The notes below the pieces were generated by a model. That model did no database searches. It saw nothing but the letters and a program-made list of their open reading frames with translations, and had not been told where the DNA came from. This document shows positions 1 to 11,358 of a DNA stretch of 64,000 nucleotides, in pieces. The stretch spans positions 1-64,000 of the forward strand of contig JAAPAO010000107.1 in NCBI GenBank assembly GCA_013115145.1, read 5' to 3'. Numbering within the stretch: the first letter of the stretch is position 1; every line of letters begins with the position of its first letter. Made by a program: the position numbers and the translations under genes. The DNA comes from Perkinsus chesapeaki ATCC PRA-425. Lineage: Eukaryota; Protista; Perkinsozoa.

Positions 1-234
1 AAGGTGAGGACTACTGTAAACTATATAAGGTGAGGACTACTGTAAACTATATAAGGTGAGGACTACTGTAAACTATATAAGGTGAGGACTACTGTAAACT
101 ATATAAGGTGAGGACTACTGTAAACTTTATAAGGTGAGGACTACTGTAAACTATATAAGGTGAGGACTACTGTAAACCATATAAGGTGAGGACTACTGTA
201 AACTTTATAAGGTGAGGACTAACGTAAACTATAC
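1..234 (+). repeat. 26-bp tandem repeat (AAGGTGAGGACTACTGTAAACTATAT), 9 copies, runs off the window start
   Basis: Head-to-tail units at 1, 27, 53, 79, 105, 131, 157, 183 and 209 with few substitutions; the last copy is the most degenerate; no spacers. Confidence 0.97.
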
Positions 235-479
235 AAACGCAATAGTTGAGAACTAAAAATAGATCAGCCTCATTAACTAACATGTCTACTCAATAATACC
301 AATCTTTACCACTATAAAAAGCCAAACCTTAATGACAGCATGACAGCGGTGTACCGAAGCATACATGGTGCATTGGTCACTCAAGTATACCACAAACACA
401 TGTTGCGTAAATAGCTCAAGAAATAGTACGGCAGGTCTTCAATTATACCCGCGGAAAATAACCAATTGAATTTGCTCTG

Positions 480-1967
480 TTACTCTCGTTCAAGGAGGGG
501 ACGACTCAACGCTGACCTGCTGCTGAATCGGTGGATGAACCACGGGACCAGATAGCCCAACGCCAGAACCAACATCATACCAACCAGGACCACACCGGCC
601 CAACGGTAGAGACTGCCGCTGTTCTCGTCGACAGGTCCATCGATTGGCATCGAACTGCGGCTGCCATCGAGATCGCCGTACACGCTACCGTAGGCCGACA
701 CAGCAATACCGACTTGCTTTTGTTTAGCATCATAAATAGTGTAATGCTTTTTCAGGAACGTATCACCAAGTATGATAGGCAGCCCATCGGGGCTCATCTG
801 CAATTCTATCATGCACTCATTCTGTGGTGTCGGCATGGTGAAGTAGTCCGCAGGCCCCACACTGTACCGCATCCCTTGCACCCGAAACACTAACGTTCCA
901 GCGCTCATTTGCGCGTCACACGGGCACACCAAGAAGCCTCCCGGCAAAAGGACAGTGCATGTCATCAAAACATCTTCCGGTAAGAGGGCCGTCAGAAGTG
1001 GAACGTAAAGTTCCCGTGGAACCGTGATATAAGAGGTTCCGGTGTCCAGCGCGGCGAGCTGCTTTCCTAGGGGGAGCGGCGAGGCTGCTGTCGGAGCGAG
1101 AATGCTGCTGTTAACGAGGTTGGTAGAGTCTTTGTCACGCCTCGGCGAAATGACCTCGACGCCGAGTTCTATGCTCCACCAAAGATTCCCTACCACCGGG
1201 CTCCATGTTAGCGTGCCAGTACGGTAGTTGTCTTCCTCTATTGCACCAAACGTAACCGTGCTGCCCAGGGACATAGTGAAGATAGGATCATCGGTGAGCG
1301 AAAAGGATATCAAGGGGTAGTCCATGACCTCCCGGAGATGCTCCAAAACGGTGGTGCCGGTCCTGGAGAGGCCGGGCCAAGCAAGGCCCATGATACCGTC
1401 GAAAAACCTCATGCTGAGATCGCGCTGCGCTTTCGCCACGAGTAAGTTCTGTCCAGGAATACAAAGCTCATTTGACAGGCCAAGGCAAACTCGGTCGTTT
1501 GTCACATTGCCGAAAACCGCTCCCTTGCCATAGTCCAGCATCTTCACCAACGAGGAGACCGATGATGTCGTTGAAGCATTGGCGTCGTACATTGTCCTGG
1601 GCACCCAGAGGTCGCTAGAGCCCGTATCAAACTGAACCGTGAGTGCCTGCTCTGGACTGCCCACTGTGATAGGGCCGTAGTACTGCAAGTTGGCCAGGTT
1701 TAGAATTGGTTCCACATAATAGCTGAAGTTGCCAAACTTTCCGGCTTTCACCACAGGCACTTCCGTTGCTGCACCGCCGTTGCTATCGTTCGACATGGAC
1801 AACCGTACTTTGAAGTGATGCAGGGGAACCCTATGCTCGTTCCGTATGGCAGGGTGCGGGGCGCGACTCTTGCTCAGACCGACACGTAAGGGTTCAGATG
1901 CGCCGGGCTGGAGTGCCGATGATATCACTAACAAGGCTGCCAGGAGCGAGGTCATGCCGCGAGCCAT
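480..1967 (-). CDS. Pepsin-family (A1) aspartic protease with signal peptide and C-terminal TM anchor, intronless
   Basis: Two catalytic motifs (FDTGSSDLW, LDTGTSYI), flap DYGKG, FDGIMGL and ILGDTFLK; hydrophobic N-terminus from ATG 1967 (ORF track starts at 2018); TM segment WAGVVLVGMMLVLALGYLVPW. Confidence 0.95.
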   Translation of the reverse strand: MARGMTSLLAALLVISSALQPGASEPLRVGLSKSRAPHPAIRNEHRVPLHHFKVRLSMSNDSNGGAATEVPVVKAGKFGNFSYYVEPILNLANLQYYGPITVGSPEQALTVQFDTGSSDLWVPRTMYDANASTTSSVSSLVKMLDYGKGAVFGNVTNDRVCLGLSNELCIPGQNLLVAKAQRDLSMRFFDGIMGLAWPGLSRTGTTVLEHLREVMDYPLISFSLTDDPIFTMSLGSTVTFGAIEEDNYRTGTLTWSPVVGNLWWSIELGVEVISPRRDKDSTNLVNSSILAPTAASPLPLGKQLAALDTGTSYITVPRELYVPLLTALLPEDVLMTCTVLLPGGFLVCPCDAQMSAGTLVFRVQGMRYSVGPADYFTMPTPQNECMIELQMSPDGLPIILGDTFLKKHYTIYDAKQKQVGIAVSAYGSVYGDLDGSRSSMPIDGPVDENSGSLYRWAGVVLVGMMLVLALGYLVPWFIHRFSSRSALSRPLLERE

Positions 1968-3627
1968 ACAAGAAACTACAAGCGAACAGTAAGTGCCTTT
2001 CGCAATACTAAAAGTCACGCGCCACGTTATCCCTATCCGTGAGAAATTACAACGCGACGTTCATCTGTTCGACAGGATGATTGGCTTCCCTGTCAGCAAC
2101 CAAGTGCACGAACCGAGAATAGCACAACTTCCTGACAGGGGGGCCGATTTGTAAAGATGAACCCGTGAATAGGAAACTCCTCGACTAACCATAAGAGTTC
2201 GTCCGCGGCACACATTGAAGAAAGCCAAGGGTTAGGTCCAGCGGCGGTGAGGACTTAACTATGAGAATGCTGGCACGCTCCAACTAACGGCCCTTGTAGA
2301 ACACAATCAATGTCCCCTAGAAACAAGCAGAAACCACCAACATGCTGCTCAAGACTCTTCTTTAGCCTCCCCCACCGCGACAGATTCTTGCCCGGGAAGG
2401 AGATCCAACGGTAAGCATCGGCGATAATGATACCATGCAGCCTGCCGCAAAAGTCATTAACCAGTCAGCAGCGGAACCAGCAGTTTACCTCTCCAACATA
2501 GTCCGACATTTCGCCTCTGCTCACCCAGGCGAAGTCTTCTACAGGGCCATCAGGGCTGAGGGTTATTGCTGGGCCCGAAGGGAGGTGTATGGCACGATAA
2601 TAGAACACCTAATGGGGCAAGAACCAATCACGCACATTTCAATTGGAGATCCTATATCACCACAGGAACTTGCTATACCTGATTAGAGTTACTTCCATCG
2701 ACGAAACAACCAACTTATCCCTCTTCATTGAGTCCGTTTCCTAACATTGCCCCCTTTACACTCACCTTTGTTCCGACAACAGCTTCATCACCTTGCTCCT
2801 CCACCGCGCCAGACTTGAACTTTCGAAAATGCATCGGGCAGGTACCTGGCCAAAGACGCTCGACACATGCCCACGAATGACGAGCTCCCTCACCCACAAA
2901 GTGCGGCGCATATCCTTCGCCCAGCTGTGTGCCGCATATCCGCTTTAGAGACTGAGCAGCGTACGTTGAGTAGGTCAAGCTATCATTGTTACCTCCCGGG
3001 CACTCGCTCCGTGCAAGTGAGCCGAGAAGGGGAACGTCCAGACGTTCGATCCTCTGTACTTCACCAGCAACCACAGCATCTCCGTCCCCCGACGCTGCAT
3101 GTTGTGCATCTATAACAGCTTCCTGCAATACAGTCTAAGCCCACAGCCATCTACATAGCCAGCGAAGGCTTCAGAGATGGCTGGGACCGAAATCACTATG
3201 TAGATTTGATACGTAGTGGCATTATGGACGTTACTTTGAACTGCTATCATAATGTTATGTTCCAAGTTCCATATTCTCATTCGTGAAATTGAACAAGTTA
3301 TTCCCGAGGAACGAATTTGCGTAACGGTTTGGTTCGCACTGTATATGAAAGCACGCGTTCTGTTCCATATTTCCGGAATAATGAAGAAGGGCAACCGGAG
3401 TTGTAACATACACCTGTGAGTACCCATCTCATAGGATAGTTGTCCTAGATCCTATCCTGAATACACTCAGTGGGCAAGTGGAGAGTGCAATACATCATCG
3501 ATTTTATAATAAATCACGTTTATCGCGTAATAGTGAAGCAGTTTTACGCGTAATGGAGAATTTCATATTGCTTAATTCTCGAAGTAAATTAACAAATTCA
3601 CCTATCTGCTGGTGTAACACTGTATCA

Positions 3628-4551
3628 CTAATACACCACCAAACCGCCTTTTGCAGGTGAAAGTCCAACGGGTAAAAGGCTGATGAGCATTGCCGACTTC
3701 AGCCAATGCGTCGTGTAGCATACCTCCTTCAGTGCTCGGTCCTGGTCAAGCCCTTTCATCTCCTCTTGCTTTTTCTTCTTCTTCTTCCCTGCACCAAGCT
3801 GTCCCTCCAAACCTGTGAGACCCTGAGGAAGAACAATAGCGAACCAGCATGTACAGCTAATCTCATATGGGTTAATGAAGAAACGATCGTTCTTCGTTTT
3901 ATAAGCGAAAGGTCGTCAGGCAGCCGTCTCCCTAAATACTCTACCTCTTCAGCCATGAGCTTCTCCAACTCTGACATTTTCACCACCGTTCCTCCCTCCT
4001 GCTGAAGAATATCCGTCTGTGACCCTTCCCTTAGGAGCGCTAGTTCCTGCTCGGAAAACTGCCGACATACCGCGCGCCACAAAATTACCCGACGACTAGG
4101 CAAAAAATGATGGGGAAAGTTCTGATAGACCAAGCTATCAGCTATTTCCAATTCATTATTGGTTCGATCCTCCCATTCAGCCCGCCATGCTCGATGCTCC
4201 CGAATAAACAAGGGTTCTGTGTATCTGAAGTAGATCCACTCCGAAGGGGATCGAAGATTTCGTTATAGCGGCTTAACGAGAGTGAGAGTAGTGACATTTT
4301 CACGAAGTAATACCAAGACATAAAACATATCCACGGCAATACAATTATAGAGTTATACTTAGTAAAGCAGCGTCTCTGTTATTCCTCCCACCATCTCCTT
4401 ACATAGGAGGGAGCCTGCATATACTCAATGACATGACCAGCTTGTACCCTTTATGCACGGCCACTGCTGGCATACCCGCGTACTTCTGCAGCTCCTCTGT
4501 GCTGCGACGCGTCGACGTTGCCGCCGCCGCCGCTACACTAAAGCGCCTCAT
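3628..4551 (-). CDS. Multi-exon hypothetical protein, possibly mitochondrial
   Basis: ATG 4551 MRRFSVAAAAATSTRRST (Arg/Ala/Ser-rich, no acidic residues); further protein-like pieces PWICFMSWYYFVK, RYNEIFDPLR and the 3756-4211 ORF; GT-AG breaks. Confidence 0.55.
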
Positions 4552-5099
4552 GGCTGATGAGCCCGAACTTGTTCGCAGGAGCATGAAAAGGTAAAAAGGG
4601 AATCCTGTACGAAGACAAAGCAAAGCTTAACACTGCACTCACACAAGAAGCACTACGATATCTCCGACAACATCTAAGCACCAGAGACGAACCCTCCTCG
4701 CCGGCTTCAATTGCGAACCGTATAGACTCTTCCTGCTGGAAGAATATAGCCCACCAAGTGGTCTGCGCTGACATTACTGAACACAGACCAGCGATGGAGA
4801 ATCAGATACGATGGTGAAATGGTATTCACTTAAGCCATATTAGTTAGCAATTCATCCATTGCTTTATCGATCTCCACTTCTTTCGAAATACATTCTGCTA
4901 TAGCACCTGATGGGGTACGATAATACGAACTTAAACTATCTTGAAAACCTATAATTATTTATGCCACGAGTTAGCTGTCTTACTAATGCTTACGAACAAT
5001 AAATTGTAGTAAATGGTCAATTACAATAACATAAATTACACAGTATGATAACTACAGTGGTATTGGACTGCCATAATGCATGTAGTACAGTCCGAATAG

Positions 5100-6183
5100 G
5101 AAGGAATACTCAGCAAACGCATGAAGAAAGCCTTAGTAGCTGGTACGTTCTCATAAAGCTACCTGCGCCTGGCAGCAGCAGTATTGTGGCAGGTTCAAGG
5201 TGGAATAATTAGCATTAGTCCACAATCAGAAGCGTGAGGTCGAAATGCATCCACAAATGGCAACACAACAGAGTCAAGAGAGAGCCTACCTCCCGTGTCT
5301 TCACCAAGAATCCTCGTTATATACACTAAGAGATGAAAGTCCGCATATCGGGCCCATGATGGAGTTCCAGCGGGTATCTGACACCTCTAGCTAATCAACA
5401 AGGCAGATCTATACCCCTTACCTGTCGCATGTACTGCTTAATATCATCGGGTGTTTGCTGCCTATCTCTATTCTCTCTGAAAATTAAAGAGTCACTTCGC
5501 CCGCAAATCCCATCTATCCCCCCACCTAGGGAAGTGGGAGAATCTGAACATGCTCCGCTTCTTCAGCGGCACGCCATCGTTCACCTTCACCAGGAACCAG
5601 TCCGGGTCGAAATCGGTCGCTTCCTGGCCGCTCGCTAATACCGGCGGCATCATCTCTTGCTACGTCCACCAACAGCCATGAGAAGCATTCACGCAAAAAA
5701 TTCTTACGCTGAACGGTTCCCGAAGTTGTACTCTCGTTGGCGTCTCCAGGCTCTTCTTCACATCGAACAGGCCGTCTTGGAGCATTCCCTCAGCTTGGTC
5801 CGATGCCATCCATACCTGATGCGAGTCTGTCCCCTTTTGTGTGTCCAAGTATCCTACTGTTGTCTCTGGTTGGCCTTGGTTATCCTCATTGGGCTTCACT
5901 ATAGCCGTCACGAACTTGCTCACTGGATACCCAGTATAGTGCTCGTGCCTCTCCAACTAATGTTAACTTATTCGCTTTTCCATGCCTTTCGAGCAGCCTA
6001 CCAGTTTCTGCAGCCTCGCTGCTGCCAGCAGCTCCGCGCTGCTCATCTCGTAGTCTCTCGGTAAACTAGTTATAATACATCCCACCCTTTCAAGACCCAG
6101 CTTCCCCATCACCGCGTCTATCTTAGGCAAAGATACGTCCACCATACCTTCGCTGGATGGGGCCTCCTTTTGGGCGCATGCCT
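5100..6183 (-). CDS. NPL4: NPL4 (Cdc48/p97 cofactor), C-terminal exons
   Basis: Exon translations KIDAVMGKLGLERVGCIIT, HYTGYPVSKFVTAIV, MASDQAEG, DFDPDWFLVKVNDGVP..SMFRFSHFPR and RYADFHLLVYI match NPL4 motifs; 3' end approximate. Confidence 0.85.
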
Positions 6184-7461
6184 GACCACATTAACAGCTA
6201 TTAATAAAAGCTAGATGGTACTATACAAGCCTAGAATCCAACAGCGTGGAAAAGTCACTTCGGGAATCAAATTTCCGATCATCTCTTTCGCACTCGTTAG
6301 CTCCAGCCAGTACTATGTCTATTCGATGAATAGTAGATAATGAGTATTAAAAAGAAATGGCTATTTTACCAACAATGCCCCCCACTCCCAGCACAGAGAT
6401 AATATTATTATCATTTACTACAACCATCTGAGGTCTGTAAGACTCGGTGTATCCAGCTCAACTCAAATTGAAGTACTTTATGGGGCGTGATAGGCTTCGT
6501 GGAACCGAGGCGGTGACAGTATTGGTGAACCCGCTTTACGTGTGCTTGAGCGTTTCGTTTTAAAGATATGTTTGGAGATGCCTTATCCTAACCACTTGTA
6601 GCTCTGTCTCGGTCGAGTTATATACCATTATTACTCTACCATGCTACCCTTCACGAATACAGTCATTCTATCGTCTCTCATATCAACTATTATTTGCCTG
6701 GAATGCTGATTCCTTCACCCCGTTGTTCGTAAGTCTTAACCTTAAATCTTTCTCTCTTCTATCTTCCCTCTTCTCTGTTCCCTGGAATTTGTATGTATGA
6801 GGCACAAGTCGCCTTAGGGAAAAGCTGTCACGCTGCAAAGCATACCGGCAACCCGTCTAGGTATCTCTATAATACGGATTCGTCACATTTATCATCTGGA
6901 ATGAAGCCGTCCAGTGGACGACGTCCATATGCATCGCTCATCGGCAGCATAGGCTAGACAAATGGTCAAGATATTTCTCATCAGAATGCAACGACCCAAA
7001 TGATTATATGTGAGCTCTGCCGCGAGCATCCAAACGACGTCACCGAATTATCCCTGTTCGGATGGAACGGTCTATGCTTTGGAAGCATTGCTTCGGGGTC
7101 ATCGGCATCGAAATTGAATAATATTCAATCAATTTACTGAACCTGGGCTCACATCATGTTTGCGATCCAAATCGATGATGATTTTTCTACCATCAGATGA
7201 AATGGCCAGTTTGTCGGATTGAACTACTCCCGAGATGGTGAGTCACCATTGGTGACACGTGATATGCGTGACAGATTATCGCAGGTGAACTCAAGATTCT
7301 GGGACATCTTCGCGATGCCTCGTCACAGCCGCCAACCTCTCACAACTCTAATAGCTCGTTTGCTTCCCTAAACTGTGTGTGTCAAGCACCTGTGTACCTG
7401 GCGCCTTAGCAAGGCACGTCATAAGTATTGCCCTGATTAGATTCATTTGTCACGACTACAC

Positions 7462-7860
7462 ATGTCACCGTACTTCATAGGCGCATTGGTCTTATGTGGG
7501 CTTCAACGGATGGAGGCTCAGCGTCCACCTCCTCCAACTGGCAACTATTCTTCTCCGGTGGCCGAGGACTGTGTTGAGGTATGGTTCGATGAAACCGTAA
7601 GGCTAAGGGTCAACTGTGGGCTGAACATTGTGTTCAGTGATCCTTTAAAGGTGATGGAGAAGAATCCTAACTATTTTATGCTCAACGACAGTGAGGGTTA
7701 CAACAAGTTTGCCCGTGAAGTAGCAGAGGACTGTCCTCGGCAGCTGCAAAAAGGCGATCTTACCTTCTACGACCACTATTCCAATAAGAATCTTATTAAA
7801 TCCCAATATCAAGGGGGCCCTATTATACTTTCCCCTGGGAAGTGCACATTTCGTATGTGA
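7462..7860 (+). CDS. Small secreted protein (about 132 aa, 4 Cys in mature part), intronless
   Basis: ATG 7462 MSPYFIGALVLCGLQRMEA looks like a signal peptide, followed by PPPPTGNYSS and a C-terminal SPGKC; no family recognised. Confidence 0.65.
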   Translation: MSPYFIGALVLCGLQRMEAQRPPPPTGNYSSPVAEDCVEVWFDETVRLRVNCGLNIVFSDPLKVMEKNPNYFMLNDSEGYNKFAREVAEDCPRQLQKGDLTFYDHYSNKNLIKSQYQGGPIILSPGKCTFRM

Positions 7861-8048
7861 CCTGCTCAGATACACCCGATTGGATAGAACGGTTTCAACT
7901 AAGGCGTCGTAAAACCAAAAAGTCAGTTCAGTATCTCGGTTTGTCTTCAAGTCACTGACGAGTGTTGTTGACGCCTCATCTTTATGTAGTCTCAGAAATG
8001 ATCGCACTCGCACTCTATGTGCCTGCGTTTTGTCGGAGCGCACACGTG

Positions 8049-8147
8049 NNNNNNNNNNNNNNNNNNNNNNNNNNNNNNNNNNNNNNNNNNNNNNNNNNNN
8101 NNNNNNNNNNNNNNNNNNNNNNNNNNNNNNNNNNNNNNNNNNNNNNN
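8049..8147. other. Assembly gap (99 N)
   Basis: Run of N in the sequence. Confidence 1.
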
Positions 8148-9099
8148 CGACGCTCGGAACCGTCGCATGCAGCACCCATCTGAGTTGGGTACTGCGCGAA
8201 GGAATGAGTGAAGGTATGGGCCAACCCTTCACTCTTCGTTATGGGCATCCTGTATGAGCTTCGTACTACGAAGGCAACCCCCGGGAGATTTAAGAATGTG
8301 TCTACGGTCTGTCGCCGGGGCTGGGCCCAGTGATGGACGTCTTTCCAGCCGGACCTCCCAGCACCCAACCACCCGGCGCGGTCGCTTGACCTGTCTCCCT
8401 GGTCCGCAGCCGGCAAGGTCTGCTGTGTAGACTCTACAGTGTAGAGTCTACACTGTAAAGTATTATATTGCAGAACTATGCTAGCAGTAGTGAGCCTTCG
8501 CCGAACCTTTCCAGCAGTGGGTGGCAGTGCCGCGGCACCTTGAATAGCATCCAAACCACCTGCGCCGAGGGCTCCATGGAACTCCTCCCTTTTCTTGCTT
8601 TCAGATTCTACGAAGGCAGGGTAGAGCTCCCTATCGAAGTCTTTGACTTGAATGCATGGCAGCCAAATCAAAATATATAGATACTGAACTACAATACACA
8701 CACTGAGGCCCCAGGCGCGGGACTGAGCAGAGTATCACTGCAATGTAACTTGCATTATTGGCGACACAACTTAGATGGAGACATATATTGCTCCATCGAT
8801 AATGAGTCGCTCGACTCCAGTCCAATTAACAAATGACCAGATTCGCTCAACGGGAGAGAATTCAGGGTCTCTATAGGAGCACCACTCCAGCAAATATGTA
8901 TAAAACCCGTGGCATCGCAGATGATTCACAGCAACAGGGTTATTAGTAACCGCACCTTTGGGTTCAATGGCACGATCACGTCACGCGTGACACCACGAGT
9001 TGGATCGCCCCGTTGTTCGCCCTCAAGTTCCATCCGCCGCTCGGACCTCCCTTTGTTGATTTGACTTGTTGTTTTTCAGTATAAGTATTTTCCCTCTTA

Positions 9100-9700
9100 A
9101 TGATGTACAACCGCTCGTATCCTTCATTCGTGGATAGCTCGGTTGGAACCCCCCTGCCAAAGTCAATTTTACAACCTATTGATGCAGCAGAACCGTCAGC
9201 TCACTACGAGGTCGGCCGTCATGGAATGGGTGAACCCCACCGGTGAGGGCTACAATGAATTTTCGCCTCCCACATACATTGAAGGAGTCGTCATTAACAG
9301 CAGCGGTCTTCCGTACCAGTCATGTGCCGACTTCCGAGCATGGTCCGGAAAGGGTGCGTTTCTACCCCTTAAAATTCTTACCAATGTAAACATGTTTCCC
9401 CCACAACATGCAAGTCCTACGGCCGCCTTATGCAGCCAAGGAACCACGGTTGCCTCAACACCAAGCTCTGTACAACGCCCGAAACGTAGGCTGATCCCTA
9501 GACTCGGCAACAGCGGCCGTTCTAAGTTGAGGGGGAAGATATCTGCAGCTAGTAGAACCCTCACTCGTGAACAGAAGGCTGCCTTGGGTGTCAAATGTCT
9601 TAAGACGGCCACCGTCGCCGAACTTGTTGAAATGGCTGACAAGGTCGGGTTGGTTGATTACATTGATGCCCTTATTGAAAAACAATATGGCCCACCTTAA
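9100..9700 (+). CDS. Hypothetical protein with a basic patch and a helical C-terminal domain
   Basis: 185-codon ORF 9143-9700; ATG 9100 joins it in frame if 9211-9247 (37 nt, GT..AG) is an intron; RPKRRLIPRLGNSGRSKLRGK is followed by LTREQKAALGVKCLKTATVAELVEMADKVGL. Confidence 0.6.
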
Positions 9701-10464
9701 TATTCTCGATAGTGACATCATGTTTTCTATTGTGTGACCATTATCGTGCCATTCAACCTGGCAGTATGATCCGCTTCTCAACACTTCGCTTGCTGAACTA
9801 TAGCGTCAGCTTCTTATCACGACATTCGTATCTCTCGTAATCCGTCTAAACTGCGATGATGTCACTATATAGTCCCTTGGGTAATATCTTCTGAAGTAGG
9901 TTCATGTAGGCGCCTTTGGTGGCTTCTGGGTAGAAGTCTTATTGTAATCCCTTGTCCCGGTACTCCATTATTTTTATTATTATCTATCGTCGTTGCATCT
10001 TGTGTTGAGTTGGGATCCTATCACAGGCTAGACCCATCAGCGCCCCAAGTGTGAATTAGTTTCCCCGCATATTTCGAGTCTCTCTCTTCCTTCCTAGCAA
10101 CTGTGTAACCCTCCCATGTCACAATCTGTAACAGACACGGGCCCACCATGCGTGACGTAGCCTTCGAGGACCAAATGCTGTTGTACCATTACATTGCATT
10201 TGCCTTGTCTTCTCGCGGGAAGTTGTCAGTTTTTCAAGGCTAGTACCCATGAGTATACCTCACTAGAACTAATGAGATCTCTATCTTATCAAGGTATCTC
10301 CGCTATACTGGCTGAGCTCAATGCAAAAGCACTGGATATAACTAGCGCCATGGAGCGTATTGCGTGTACTCAATAGACCAATGAGCCCCCCTACCTCCTG
10401 CATTTCAACGAGCATCTCGTTCATTCTAACCCCTCCGCTGGCAGCATTGTACACCTCCTGTTTA

Positions 10465-11164
10465 GGCGGCTCGTAGATACCCTCTACCACCACGCGATAC
10501 CCATCGTCATAGTTCGGATCGGAGAGGTAGTATCTGCGCCGCAAATTGCAGCCCTTCCCAGCCGAGACGCCTACCCGTATAACCAACCACACCGCTGCTG
10601 CAACATCTCTTTATCGAACTGAAACAGCGATGCTTATTACGACGTACAAGAAAAGGCTATCTTACCTGCCAGTACTGCACAAACGACTTTATCTCTTCCG
10701 TATTCATCCACTCACAATGATCTACATGGCGATACCTAAACGAGGCCACCAACAAAGGCTGACTGTGCGGCGGTACATAGGAAGGTGCCTTTAAAAGTTT
10801 CAAAGGCATCCATAATGCCAAGGACTGTCCGGAGAACCACAGTGTCCAAGAAAGCAATACATTCCTCAAACCCCTTACTACCTTTGTCGGTTTAATGTGA
10901 TCGCAGGTGGGAGCTTTGTCATCCGCCCTTTCTCCAGGACAACTGTCTTATAGTGCTGGGAAAGCGGCAGTAGCGAGGTCTCGTACCTACCACCATACCA
11001 CGTCCACAGTAAGAACGTATTAGTGGCATAGTAATGTCAGAGAATCAGCGTAATAGTAACGAAGACATATCTTCCCATCGGTACTACTTATGGTCTCTCA
11101 AGAAGCTCTCAAAACTTTGAAAGTGCCTTTTAGTAGCTTTTTGATCTCCTTCAGAAGATGACAT
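10465..11164 (-). CDS. NPL4: NPL4, N-terminal/central exons
   Basis: Exons KRHFQSFESFLRDH, LLPLSQHYKTVVLEKGRMTK, YRHVDHCEWMNTEEIKSFVQYWQ and YYLSDPNYDDGYRVVVEGIYEPPKQE match the NPL4 region that precedes LGLERVG; true start uncertain. Confidence 0.8.
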
Positions 11165-11358
11165 ACAAAGTTAAAAACAATAACAACTACCGCGCCCCTC
11201 GAACCACTTGAGTCCGACTCCTCTCCTCAACAACCGTCCCTAATAGAACCACCAATCGGAGGGAGTACCACACGTCTGACTGGTCGGTGACTTTCCAAAG
11301 GACAAAAGCGAGATGAACTAACGCAAGACCGTAAGGTGCTGCAACAAGCTCATCATCA

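Noticed and set aside
1-234. 26-bp repeats (and the 32-bp repeats at 14145-14270) as a CRISPR array
   Set aside because: Units are head-to-tail with no spacers, there are no cas genes, and the context is eukaryotic.
531-1533. Many antisense ORFs over real genes, here and over the PDE, RING, subtilisin and SMYD genes
   Set aside because: Shadow ORFs expected from GC-rich codon usage.
2300-3600. Possible retroelement remnant (HFASAHPG..YCW; LCSDNSF; ACVERL; GYVDG)
   Set aside because: The motif-like fragments fall on different strands and frames and do not form a consistent pol order. A TBLASTX search would be needed.
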